Positions 54,974 through 64,000 of a stretch of DNA of 64,000 nucleotides are shown here, in pieces. Positions within the stretch are counted from its first letter, which is position 1. Every line of letters begins with the position of its first letter. The translations under genes and the position numbers were made by a program. The notes under the pieces are model-generated. The model was not told where the DNA came from. It saw only the letters and a program-made list of their open reading frames with translations, and ran no database searches. Source of the DNA: an uncultured Thermoplasmata archaeon (GTDB lineage: Archaea; Thermoplasmatota; DTKX01; GCA-020343715); assembly GCA_965369625.1 (NCBI GenBank), contig CBDUQW010000004.1, positions 5,391 to 69,390 on the forward strand. The letters run 5' to 3'.

Positions 54974-55630
54974 TCACCGTCCGGGAAAAACGCTGGCTCC
55001 CTTGCCGGTCTGACACACATCGGTGAGGGGGCACCCATGGCATACGGGCCTTTTTCGGCAGAATCCCTTGGCCAGTTCCACAAGGGCGGCGTGGAAGTTG
55101 TTGTAAAGGTCGACATCGACGGGAACGTCGGCCGTGAACCAGGCGGCCACGTCGTCGTACGCGGTGCCTGGCCTGATGCCCACGCGCTCCAGGATCCTCC
55201 TTGTGTAGGCATCCACCACGAAGGCCGGGCCCTTGGCGGCATAGAGGATGATGCTGTCCGCCGTCTCCGGCCCGATGCCCTTGACCGAGAGCAGGTCCTC
55301 ACGAAGCTCGTCCACGGGTCTGGCCAGGAAGGCTTCCAGGGAGCCTTGGGGAGAGGTCTGGACCAGGGTAAAGAGGGCCCGGAGGCGTCGGGCCTTCTGA
55401 CGGTAGGTCCCCGAGGGGCGGATCAGGGCCTCCAGCTCCTCGAGGGACAGGGTCACGAGGGCGTCCACGGTGTCTATCCCCGCCCCATCCAGCTGGGAGA
55501 TGGCCAGCTCCACGTTGCGCCAGGCCGTCCTCTGGGTCAGCACGGCTCCCACCATCACCTGGAACGGGCCCTTGGCGGGCCACCAGTCGAGCTCGCCGTA
55601 GTGCTCGTGGAGCCTCCTGTACATGTCCAT
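54974..55630 (-). CDS. Endonuclease III-related HhH-GPD protein
   Basis: WWP, GAVLTQRTAWRNV, LSVKGIGPETADSI, VVDAYTRR and C-x6-C-x2-C-x5-C Fe-S motif; start approximate. Confidence 0.9.
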   Translation of the reverse strand: MDMYRRLHEHYGELDWWPAKGPFQVMVGAVLTQRTAWRNVELAISQLDGAGIDTVDALVTLSLEELEALIRPSGTYRQKARRLRALFTLVQTSPQGSLEAFLARPVDELREDLLSVKGIGPETADSIILYAAKGPAFVVDAYTRRILERVGIRPGTAYDDVAAWFTADVPVDVDLYNNFHAALVELAKGFCRKRPVCHGCPLTDVCQTGKGASVFPGR

Positions 55631-55726
55631 CGGGGATGGAGAGAGGGATGATGGAGAGAGGGATCCTCCGGTATACCTGGCCGACATCTCGAAAGGATAA
55701 TAATGCCTGAGGGTATTACCCTTTTG

Positions 55727-56104
55727 ATGGCCAAGCTCCGGTACTTCCTTCACGAGAACAAGCTGATACTGGCCAGCATAGTTCTCCTCCTCAGCGTGTC
55801 GATAATGGTACTATCCGTCATCGGCATCCCGGACGAGGATGGGAACGAGGGGACGGGTCCGTTGTCATTCCTGAGGGGCATCAACATCATCATCTTCGGC
55901 CTGTCGTTCATCGTGGCCATCGTCATGGGTTACATCGTATACAAGTACATCTCCGACAAGAACAAGTTCGATGCCCTGATGAGGACCAATTCACAGGCCA
56001 TATTCCGTCGCAACCAGATCGATATAGAGCGTTACGCCCTCCGCCTGACGAGCAAGGAGGAGAAGCGGGTCCTAGAAGCGATGAGGAAGTACAAGATCAA
56101 ATGA
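55727..56104 (+). CDS. DUF3198-like membrane protein
   Basis: Two TM helices, then KFDALMRTNSQAIF..N...IE..A.RL. Confidence 0.7.
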   Translation: MAKLRYFLHENKLILASIVLLLSVSIMVLSVIGIPDEDGNEGTGPLSFLRGINIIIFGLSFIVAIVMGYIVYKYISDKNKFDALMRTNSQAIFRRNQIDIERYALRLTSKEEKRVLEAMRKYKIK

Positions 56105-56157
56105 GGTCACGATAGGGGTAAAGTACGACCCTTTCCATTTTCTCAATTGCACGAGAG

Positions 56158-56180
56158 ACCCCCCTTCATTTCCTATGGAA
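56158..56180 (-). other. Origin recognition box (ORB), inverted
   Basis: Minus strand TTCCATAGGAAATGAAGGGGGGT, matching the archaeal ORB consensus TTCCA-n3-GAAA-n3-G-string. Confidence 0.8.
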
Positions 56181-56190
56181 GACCAGATCG

Positions 56191-56291
56191 CATATCCGTT
56201 GATATATTCATATAATCATAATAAAAATGCATAGATGACTGTATATATCTTTTATGATATATATACTTTATCTACTATAAACGATACGATT
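56191..56291. other. AT-rich tract, putative DNA unwinding element
   Basis: By eye the most AT-rich ~100 bp of this high-GC window; abuts an ORB. Confidence 0.7.
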
Positions 56292-57638
56292 CTATTCTTC
56301 AATCAGATTGACGGTAACACCGCTCAATGATACGATATTATCTTTTATCCTGTTCATGTAGTCACGGTCAATCGCGAATATGACGGTCCCCTCGTCCCTC
56401 CTCGACAGGTCCAGGTAGACGGCCCTCTCACGGATAAGTCCTATGAGATTCCTCATATCATCGTTCAGCTCGATCTCGAGGATGAAAACGTCGATGTCAC
56501 CCTGCAGCTCAAGTTCAACGAGCTGGATGTCCTCCAGGTTCTGCAAGATGGTATGGAACATCGACCTGCGCATGGCCTCCCTGCGCTTGGGTCGGGTGAC
56601 GTTGAGCTGCACGGGAGTCCACGGGCCCAGTATCATGCCCGAGGCCTGGAGGGACGCCACCTTGGAGCGGAGCTCGCTGGGATAGATCAGGTCCACCTTG
56701 TTGAGCAGGAATAGGATGGGCGGTGCCTCGCCTTCCCGCTTGATGATCTCGAGAGAGGTCCTCACCTTCCGCTCCACCACCTCCAGAGGCTCGCTGATAT
56801 CGATGACCAGGATGACCAGGTCGGCCGAGTAGACCTCCTCGAGCGTTGACTCGAAGGCCTCTATGAGCCATGGTGGCAGGTCCTCGATGAAACCGACGGT
56901 ATCATTGATGAGGACCCTGCTCTCGACCCCCTCCACCGTCCTCGATAGGGGGCTCAGGGTGGAGAAGTAGCGGCTGTCCACCTCGGCCCCCGCCTCCGTC
57001 AGCATGTTGAGGGCGGAGGTCTTGCCCGCGTTGGTATAGCCCGCGATGCTGACGGTGACGAAGGACCGCCGCCGACGGTGCTTGCGTCGGACGGAGCGCA
57101 CCCTCTTCACATCGTCCAGCTCCCGCTGTATCCGGGCCATCCGCTGCCGTATCTCGCGGAGGTACTGGTGGGTTCCCACCTCTCCCCCGCCCAGCAGTCC
57201 GGGGTGCTCTCCCTTCTTGAGCAGGTTGATGGTCTCCTTGATCAGGGGGACCCTGTGGCGGAGGGTGGCCAGCTCGACCTGGAGCTTGGCCTCCACGCTC
57301 CTTGCCCTCCTGGTGAAGATCTCCAGTATCAGGCGCACCCTGTCATGGACATCGACCCCGACCCGGGACTGGAGGTTGTGGACCTGCGACGGCTTCAGCT
57401 CGTTGTCCACGACCACCAGGTCCGCGCCCGTCTCCTCGACCAGGTCCCGGACCTCGTCGGCCTTCCCTCGACCGAGGTACGTCCGGGGGTCGGGATGGTC
57501 CCTCCTCTGCACCACCGTATCGAGGAGCTCGAAGCCCAGCGAATCGATGAGGGCGGTGATCTCGGAGACATCCTTCCGGATGGAGAGGATCAAGCACCTT
57601 CGCACCGCGTCCGGGTCCGCACCCCCGAGGTCGACCAT
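56292..57638 (-). CDS. hflX: Ribosome-associated GTPase HflX
   Basis: YLGRGK, ILEIF..RA.S.EAKLQVELA, AGYTNAGKT, FSTL, DTVGFI and NKVD; start approximate. Confidence 0.94.
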   Translation of the reverse strand: MVDLGGADPDAVRRCLILSIRKDVSEITALIDSLGFELLDTVVQRRDHPDPRTYLGRGKADEVRDLVEETGADLVVVDNELKPSQVHNLQSRVGVDVHDRVRLILEIFTRRARSVEAKLQVELATLRHRVPLIKETINLLKKGEHPGLLGGGEVGTHQYLREIRQRMARIQRELDDVKRVRSVRRKHRRRRSFVTVSIAGYTNAGKTSALNMLTEAGAEVDSRYFSTLSPLSRTVEGVESRVLINDTVGFIEDLPPWLIEAFESTLEEVYSADLVILVIDISEPLEVVERKVRTSLEIIKREGEAPPILFLLNKVDLIYPSELRSKVASLQASGMILGPWTPVQLNVTRPKRREAMRRSMFHTILQNLEDIQLVELELQGDIDVFILEIELNDDMRNLIGLIRERAVYLDLSRRDEGTVIFAIDRDYMNRIKDNIVSLSGVTVNLIEE

Positions 57639-57712
57639 CGAAAGGTCCAAGTACCTCAGGCCCAAAATACCCTGCGGCCCCGACCCGAAGGATGGCACGG
57701 GGCAAGGTGCCT

Positions 57713-57733
57713 TTCCACACGAAAAAGAGGGGT
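57713..57733 (+). other. Origin recognition box (ORB)
   Basis: TTCCACACGAAAAAGAGGGGT. Confidence 0.75.
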
Positions 57734-57826
57734 CCCCCTCCCCCCTCGAGGTGCGGGGGAGAATCTATTTCTACCGGGGGGAGCATACACCCTATTCCCG
57801 ACCCCTGCGACATCCCAAGCGGGCAT

Positions 57827-57847
57827 TTCCATAGGAAGTCTAGGGGT
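57827..57847 (+). other. Origin recognition box (ORB)
   Basis: TTCCATAGGAAGTCTAGGGGT; first 11 nt identical to the inverted ORB at 56180. Confidence 0.78.
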
Positions 57848-57878
57848 ACTGGGGGAGGAAGGAGGAGACCGAGGTCGC

Positions 57879-59138
57879 ATGAACGAGGAGAGCACCAGCC
57901 TTTTCGACAAGTACACCGACATCCGGCCCATCTTCAAGAAGGACCGGGACATCCTGCGGCCCTCGTACATACCCGAGAACCTGCCTCACAGGCGCAAGCA
58001 GATCGAGGCCCTCGCCTCCATCCTCGCGACGGCCCTGCAGGGCAGTCGTCCGTCCAACATCCTCATCTTCGGGAAGACGGGAACGGGCAAGACCGCGGTG
58101 ATGAAGTACCTCGGGAAGGAGATCAAGGCGGCCCATACGACCCACGAGGGCCGGTTCTCCGCTGTCAACTTCATCTACATCAACTGCGAGATAGTCGACA
58201 CCCAATACGGGGTCCTAGCCCACGTGGGCAACTACTTCATACAGGACTGGGACGAGCGCATCCCCTTCACGGGATGGTCCACCGAGAAGGTGTACAACCA
58301 GCTCCGGGAGCAGATAGACGCCCGGGAGGAGGTCACCCTCATCGTCCTGGACGAGATCGACAAGCTGGTGTACAAGAGCGGCGACGACGTGCTGTTCCAC
58401 CTCTCCGAGATCAACGATGACCTCCACCAGGGCAAGCTGAGCATCGTCGGCATCTCCAACGACCTGAAGTTCACCGAGTTCCTGGACACCAGGGTCCGCT
58501 CCCGGCTGGGGGAGGAGCGCATGGTGTTCCCGCCCTACAACGCCAACCAGCTGCAGGACATCCTGCGGCAGCGGGCCGAGCTGGGGCTCTGTGATGACGC
58601 CATCGACCCGGGGGTGATCTCCCTGTGCGCAGCGCTGGCGGCCCAGGAGCACGGCGATGCCCGGCGCGCCCTGGACCTGATGCGCGTCTCGGCGGAGCTG
58701 GCGGAGCGGGACCACGCGCCCCGGGTGACCGAGCACTTCGTCCACAAGGCCGTCAACAAGCTGGAGCTGGACGCCGTGGAGGAGGTGGTCACCACCCTCC
58801 CCACCCATTCCAAGCTGGTGCTCCTCAGCATCCTCATCAACGAGCGGGAGGGCAGCCTGTACTCGACCACGGGAGAGGTGTACGACACGTACCGAGAGCT
58901 GTGCCGGCAGCACGGCATGAACCACCTCACCCAGCGTCGCGTCACCGACCTGATCTCCGAGCTGGACATGCTGGGCATCATCAACGCGCGCCTCAAGTCC
59001 TTCGGCAGGGGCGGCCGCACCAGGGAGATCTCCCTGGCCGTCTCGCTGTACGAGATCGCGGAGGTGCTCCGGCAGGACGACCAGATCAAGGACCTGATAG
59101 ATTCCCGCCCGCACCAGAACCAGACCAAGCTCCTGTAG
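57879..59138 (+). CDS. cdc6: Cdc6/Orc1 replication initiator
   Basis: LRPSYIPENLPHR, GKTGTGKT, LDEID, GDARRALDL, and wHTH LTQRRVTDLISELDMLG...GRGGRT. Confidence 0.97.
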   Translation: MNEESTSLFDKYTDIRPIFKKDRDILRPSYIPENLPHRRKQIEALASILATALQGSRPSNILIFGKTGTGKTAVMKYLGKEIKAAHTTHEGRFSAVNFIYINCEIVDTQYGVLAHVGNYFIQDWDERIPFTGWSTEKVYNQLREQIDAREEVTLIVLDEIDKLVYKSGDDVLFHLSEINDDLHQGKLSIVGISNDLKFTEFLDTRVRSRLGEERMVFPPYNANQLQDILRQRAELGLCDDAIDPGVISLCAALAAQEHGDARRALDLMRVSAELAERDHAPRVTEHFVHKAVNKLELDAVEEVVTTLPTHSKLVLLSILINEREGSLYSTTGEVYDTYRELCRQHGMNHLTQRRVTDLISELDMLGIINARLKSFGRGGRTREISLAVSLYEIAEVLRQDDQIKDLIDSRPHQNQTKLL

Positions 59139-59180
59139 TCCCCGAGCTGCTCTGCAGTGATGGGATGGCGCTCGCACCCC

Positions 59181-60161
59181 TCATTCCCTTTTGAACGCAC
59201 CCTTCACCATCGCGAAGAAGGAACCGTCGTCCTCCTCCTCGAGCTCCGCATCGCGTCCCTTGCGACGCCGCTTGCGGCGCTTGTCATCCTCCACGGCCTC
59301 CTTCTCCTCCTTGGGCCGGAGGTTCCTGTACTCTATGTACACGGATTCGGTGAGGAACGGCGCCACCAGCAGCAGCACCACCGAGACTATGAGGTTGGGG
59401 CCGCTGTTCTCGGGGGGCGGATGCATCTCGGTCTGTCCCCGGGCCCACAGCTTGATGAGGCCGAACCAGGGGATCTCCCCCCGGGCGACCCCGACGATCC
59501 ACACGTCCTCCACGGGCTCCACGAGCCTCGAGACACCGGGCGGGGGCGCCCCCGGTCCGGTCCAGGCGGGAAGGCTGTACTGGTCCACCTCCCGGTTGTG
59601 GTCGCCCTTGGTGATGATGCCGTCGTGGGGGTCGACGGCCTGGTTGCGTTGGAAGTTGTTGAGGATGACGGTGATGTTGATGACCAGGTCGAGCTGCTCG
59701 GCCTCGCCGTTGTGGTAGCTGGTGAAGTCGGGGATCTCGAAGGACCGCTTCTCGTTCCAGATGTTGTCCATCGAGGGGACGTCGTAACCGCCTCCCGTCT
59801 CGTTGTACTCTATCCTGACGATGGCGCGGTGGATGATGGGGGTCGTCTGGGTCAGGCCGTTCTTGTAGTAGATGATCACGTCCCCGAACTCGTTGTACGT
59901 CTCGTAGCCTGTCTCCCTGCCCTCGACCCAGGTGACCACGGGCCCGGACCTCTCCAGGACCCTGACGAGGGTCAGGTCACCGGTGTCGATGACGCTGATG
60001 TAGGAGAGGGTGTCGGAGTGCTGCATGCTCTCCGACTCCACCACCACCATCGGGGGCCACCGGCCGCCGTAGGCGTACAGGGCACCCAGCACTATGGCGA
60101 CCACGATGAGGGCCACCACTATGTCCTGTACCAGTGCAACGGCCTCGCTCTTCTTGCCCAT
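59181..60161 (-). CDS. Signal peptidase I (S26/Sec11 type)
   Basis: VVESESMQH, GDVIIY, IIHRA and TKGDHN; N- and C-terminal TM. Confidence 0.92.
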   Translation of the reverse strand: MGKKSEAVALVQDIVVALIVVAIVLGALYAYGGRWPPMVVVESESMQHSDTLSYISVIDTGDLTLVRVLERSGPVVTWVEGRETGYETYNEFGDVIIYYKNGLTQTTPIIHRAIVRIEYNETGGGYDVPSMDNIWNEKRSFEIPDFTSYHNGEAEQLDLVINITVILNNFQRNQAVDPHDGIITKGDHNREVDQYSLPAWTGPGAPPPGVSRLVEPVEDVWIVGVARGEIPWFGLIKLWARGQTEMHPPPENSGPNLIVSVVLLLVAPFLTESVYIEYRNLRPKEEKEAVEDDKRRKRRRKGRDAELEEEDDGSFFAMVKGAFKRE

Positions 60162-60318
60162 CGGCTCACCGGGTCGTGCCCGGGTGATGGGCCCGGTGCG
60201 TTATTAAGATGTGGTGTCGGGGCGACCCGGGGTGAACGGGGACTGGCCAGCACCCGGTCCGTCAGCATCGGAGGCGGTCGGGAAAACCCTTATTAACGGA
60301 CTTCCCCTTCCTCGCGCG

Positions 60319-60780
60319 ATGACCGACGAGAGGATGGGCCTCGACGAGTACTTCATGAAGGTGGCGCACCTGGTCAGCGAGCGGTCCACCTGTCTCAGGC
60401 GACCCGTTGGGGCCATCGTCGTCAAGAACAAGCGCATCCTCACCACGGGCTACAACGGCGCCCCCCGCAACCTGCGCCACTGCAAGGAGGTGGGCTGCCT
60501 CCGCGATCAGATGAACGTCAACTCGGGGGAGCGCCACGAGCTCTGCCGGGGCGTCCACGCCGAGCAGAACGCCATCATACAGAGCGCCGTGTTCGGGGTC
60601 TCCGTCGAGGGCGGAACGATCTACACCACCACCTTCCCCTGCGTGATGTGCTCCAAGCTGATCATCAACGCTGGCCTGGTCGAGATCGTGTACGACAATG
60701 GTTACCCGGACGAGCTGTCCAGGGAGCTCCTGGAGGAGAGCGGCATCCTCCTCCGGCAGTACTCCCTCCCGGAGGGATGA
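60319..60780 (+). CDS. dCMP deaminase (ComEB-like)
   Basis: [23 protein letters not shown] and PCVMC. Confidence 0.93.
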   Translation: MTDERMGLDEYFMKVAHLVSERSTCLRRPVGAIVVKNKRILTTGYNGAPRNLRHCKEVGCLRDQMNVNSGERHELCRGVHAEQNAIIQSAVFGVSVEGGTIYTTTFPCVMCSKLIINAGLVEIVYDNGYPDELSRELLEESGILLRQYSLPEG

Positions 60781-60853
60781 GGGCCGGCAAACCCCCCCGA
60801 CGTGTCTAACTCGCAGTGACGATAATGGCAAGCTATAATTATTAAGGAGAAAT

Positions 60854-61660
60854 TTGGATACCCCGATGTCCTTACCTGAAGGCCGTTGGAGCTGGGTGGA
60901 GGTCGAAGACGAAGGTGCCATCATGGAGGAGGTATCATCCTTCAAGACAGTCGAGGACTGGGAGAGCGACGCCACCATCGCCCTGACCCGTGGCGACGTC
61001 TTCGGCGCCCTTCGCATCTACGAGGAGATACTCAAGGTCTACCCGCAGTACCTGAAGGCATGGTACAACCGCGCCGTCATCTTGGAGCAGTTCGTCAACG
61101 ACAAGCCCCAGGCCCTCTGGTGCTACGAACAGGCCCTCCAGATAGACCCCAACCACATCGACATCCTCCACAACAAGGGCAAGCTCCTCGCCGACATGGA
61201 GAGGTACGACGAGGCCGAGAGGGCCTTCATCCGCGCCCTCCAGGTCAGGCCCAACTACCTCAAGTCCCTCATGGGACTGGCGGCCGTCTACGTCAACAAC
61301 GACAAGTTCGACGAGGCGCTGCGCGCCATCTCCCTCGCCGAGAAGCACAAGCTGACGAAGGCGCAGAAGGCCGACCTTCTGGCCCTGCGCGCCATCACCC
61401 TGAGCAACATGGGCAAGAGCAAGCCGTCGATCAAGGTGGCCAAGAAGGCCCTCGCCCTCAATCCCAAGGATGACTCCCTCTGGGAGACCATGGGCGTGGC
61501 CTACTACAACACGAACAAGTTCAAGGAGGCCATCCGGTGCCTCAACAAGGCCATCGAGATGAACCCCGAGAACATGTCAGCCCGCTCGATGAAGCAGGAC
61601 ATCCTCGACAACCTGGCCGACGCCGGGATCCTGGTCTACGATTCCGAGCCAGGGTTCTGA
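60854..61660 (+). CDS. Tetratricopeptide repeat protein
   Basis: Repeated TPR consensus (AWYNRA...CYEQALQIDP; AIRCLNKAIEMNP). Confidence 0.88.
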   Translation: MDTPMSLPEGRWSWVEVEDEGAIMEEVSSFKTVEDWESDATIALTRGDVFGALRIYEEILKVYPQYLKAWYNRAVILEQFVNDKPQALWCYEQALQIDPNHIDILHNKGKLLADMERYDEAERAFIRALQVRPNYLKSLMGLAAVYVNNDKFDEALRAISLAEKHKLTKAQKADLLALRAITLSNMGKSKPSIKVAKKALALNPKDDSLWETMGVAYYNTNKFKEAIRCLNKAIEMNPENMSARSMKQDILDNLADAGILVYDSEPGF

Positions 61661-61734
61661 CCCCCGCCATGGGAGAGATTTGACGTTTCCACAAGGACCC
61701 AGCATGGATGCTGTTGGAATGACGTACCTACGGG

Positions 61735-62409
61735 TCACCAGTCATCCTCGTCGGGATCCCCGTCATCGTCCTCCGCCAGGAAGTCCCCCCATTCGGGGGG
61801 CCCAGCGCCGTCGTGGCCCAGGGCGACCACGTAGAGCTCGGAGCTGGCCTTGCGGGTCGCATCGGGCCTGAATCGCTTGACCCGGGAGAAGCGGGTCTTG
61901 ATATGGTTGACGAAGGTCCCCATGTCGCCGCCCTCGAACGCCTTGACCACCAGGTGCCCCCCCTCCTCGAGCAGGGGAAGCCCGAAGTCGACGGCGAGCT
62001 TCGAGAGCTGCATCGAGCGGTAGTGGTCGAGACCGTAGTTGCCCGAGATGTTGGGCGACATGTCGGAGAGCACCGCCCGGGCTGGCCTTCTCATGAGGCA
62101 GGCCCTGGCGGCGGCCTGGGCGGTCTCGTGGGTCATGTCCCCGCGGATGAAGGCAAGGCCCGGGATCGGGTCCATGTGGTCCAGGTCCACGCCCACCACC
62201 AGGCCCTTGGGTCCGACCACGTTCACTGCCACCTGGCTCCAACCGCCAGGTGCGCAGCCCAGGTCGAGCACCACGTCGTTGGAGTGGATGACCCGGAAGC
62301 GCTTGTTGATCTGCAGCAGCTTGTAGGCCGCGCGGCTGCGGTAGTTCTCCTTCTTCGCGCGCCTTGTATAGGGGTCCCTTCGGTGCTCATCTACCCATCT
62401 GTCACCCAT
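61735..62409 (-). CDS. rlmE: 23S rRNA (uridine-2'-O)-methyltransferase RlmE/FtsJ
   Basis: YRSRAAYKL, DLGCAPGGWSQV, SDMSPN, VVK and SSELY. Confidence 0.95.
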   Translation of the reverse strand: MGDRWVDEHRRDPYTRRAKKENYRSRAAYKLLQINKRFRVIHSNDVVLDLGCAPGGWSQVAVNVVGPKGLVVGVDLDHMDPIPGLAFIRGDMTHETAQAAARACLMRRPARAVLSDMSPNISGNYGLDHYRSMQLSKLAVDFGLPLLEEGGHLVVKAFEGGDMGTFVNHIKTRFSRVKRFRPDATRKASSELYVVALGHDGAGPPEWGDFLAEDDDGDPDEDDW

Positions 62410-62500
62410 CGGAACACCTCTAAGTGGAGCCTTCTATAAATACGATACGTCGAGGAGGGCCCTCGACCTGATATAAGAATTTTTCGTCACACGACACCAT

Positions 62501-62621
62501 GATTCAGGCCCCTGAATCTCATGACCTCGTGGGACGGTACGTTCACCAAACGGTGAACAATGCCCGAATTGCGACATTTCAACAGGAATCCCTCCACTTT
62601 CTTGAGAATCCGAATTCTTAA
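62501..62621. promoter_or_regulatory. Cluster of short palindromes in the rlmE / surface-protein divergent intergenic region
   Basis: GATTCAGG-CC-CCTGAATC (62501-18), GTTCACC-AAAC-GGTGAAC (62541-58) and TTGAGAAT-CCGA-ATTCTTAA (62602-21). Confidence 0.45.
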
Positions 62622-62684
62622 CCCTGCCAACGATACCTTTTTATATCCTCAGCGGGGTCTGAGAGGATAACCGGAGGGATAGCT

Positions 62685-64000
62685 ACGAGACCCAGATACG
62701 TAGTGATTGCTAGCTTGCTTGTCTTGTTCGGACTCCTGACCCTAGGAGCGCTCTCGGCATCCGCAGCGGATGAAGAGGCCCCCAATGTCGTTGGACCGGA
62801 GGACAAGCCTGGTGCAGATGTTGTATGGGAAGGCTTCGTCGAGTACACTCTCGATTCGACGGGGTCCACCGACGACACTGGGATAGTCGAGTACTTTTGG
62901 AACATCACCGCTCCCGACACCACGTATGTGATTGTTACTTCCACCACCCCGACCGCGCTGTGGACGCCGACGCAGTACGGCATCTTCAAGATTGTAGCGG
63001 GTGCGAAGGATGCGGCCGGCAACACCGGCTACCACCTGTTCATCATGGACGCCTACGAGGCCATCACGTCCCAAACGATCAGGGACACGACCGTGGCCTA
63101 CACCCACAGCGTCTCCATCGACACCGGTCCGTTGACCTACACCAACGTCGACATCGATATCAGCGGTGGTCTGGCCTCGGAAAGCGTGGCGACGGTGGAC
63201 GCCCCGGACCAGCTCGCGGAGAAATTGGTGAACAAGGGCAAGTTCGCGGGCGAGTGGAAGCCATACAATGGAGGCGGCAATTACGGTTCAATCTACGAGG
63301 ACTCATCCACCAAGCTCTCCGGGTCCAAATCCATCAGGGTCACCGAAGCTAGGTACCTATATGGGATGGAGTACTGGTTCGACGATCCGATAGACCTCAC
63401 GCAATACGAAGCCTTGTCCTTCTGGTTCCACACCGACAAGACCCCACACTTAACGTATCCGGACTACAACTATATGCAATACATCTATGTATACGGCAAC
63501 CCGAACTATCAACAGCCCTATGGCTATATTCGTAGCGGGTGCATGTATGGGGGTGGAACGTCCGTCCGCAATGGCTGGCACGGGTACACCGTTCAGCTGG
63601 ACTACGATAAGACGGGTTACACCTACATGTACGGCATGACCGACCTCAGCTCCATCAGCATCATCCGGTTCTACATGTATTGCTACTCGACCGGAACGAC
63701 GATGAGTGACTCCCTCTGGATAGACAACGTGGGCCTCTACACCCCCACCTGGGGAGACGAGATAACCGAGTCGGCCAACCCCACCGGCGACAAGGCAGGG
63801 CGCTGGTACTCCCGATGGGGCACCGGCACCGCGTACGGCGATAGCTTCACCGGCAGCAATTCTGTCAGGGCCCGCATCCGCTACCAACAATACACCGACA
63901 TCTACTACTACTTCAACGCGCCCCAGGACCTCTCCGAGTTCAACGCCCTCCGGTTCTTGTTGAACATGAAGACCTCCTCCGGCCAACAGATCACCTACTG
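62685..64000 (+). CDS. Secreted PKD + carbohydrate-binding-like (jelly-roll) domain protein, runs off the window
   Basis: Manual translation gives a signal peptide (xRPRYVVIASLLVLFGLLTLGALSASAA), PKD-like STDDTGIVEYFW...KDAAGN, and CBM-like repeats DLTQYEALSFWF...DLSSI...LWIDNV and DLSEFNALRF. No stop up to 64000. Confidence 0.82.

Noticed and set aside
55635..55664. 15-bp tandem duplication GATGGAGAGAGGGAT x2
   Set aside because: Only two copies near the HhH-GPD start; no inserted element between them, so not a target-site duplication.
57078..57878. Long N-terminal extension of Cdc6 (686-aa ORF)
   Set aside because: Antisense to hflX and runs across the ORBs; homology and SD indicate the start at 57879.
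1..64000. tRNA/rRNA genes and inteins in RFC or Cdc6
   Set aside because: No cloverleaf or rRNA signature noticed in the intergenic gaps; RFC-S and Cdc6 are of normal length.

Overview
High-GC (roughly 65%, estimated by eye) archaeal chromosomal segment. It is most consistent with an uncultured Thermoplasmatota lineage, judged from archaeal SRP54, RFC-S, Rpp21, Cdc6/Orc1, Tes, GGR, Tsr3, Elp3, a DUF3198-like protein and many CARDB/PKD surface proteins. About 50 genes are present, mostly housekeeping: translation, tRNA ligases, tetraether lipid synthesis, glycine cleavage, and DNA replication/repair. There are also two tandem secreted subtilases, a heavy-metal efflux locus and a lower-GC pair of duplicated surface proteins. 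I saw no rRNA, tRNA, CRISPR array or mobile element. The most notable observations are: (1) an unannotated, apparently independently promoted structured small RNA or 15-codon micro-ORF upstream of srp54, within a back-to-back BRE/TATA palindrome; (2) a probable replication origin whose ORB boxes and AT-rich unwinding element are split by the hflX gene next to cdc6; (3) an XPD/Rad3 helicase fused to a degenerate PD-(D/E)xK-like domain; (4) an uncharacterised acidic/basic paralog pair behind a wHTH regulator; (5) an RHH + KaiC-like ATPase module; (6) a tes-ferredoxin-GGR lipid operon facing a TrmB regulator; and (7) two genes that appear to need non-canonical start codons. All calls come from motif recognition by eye; no database searches were run.
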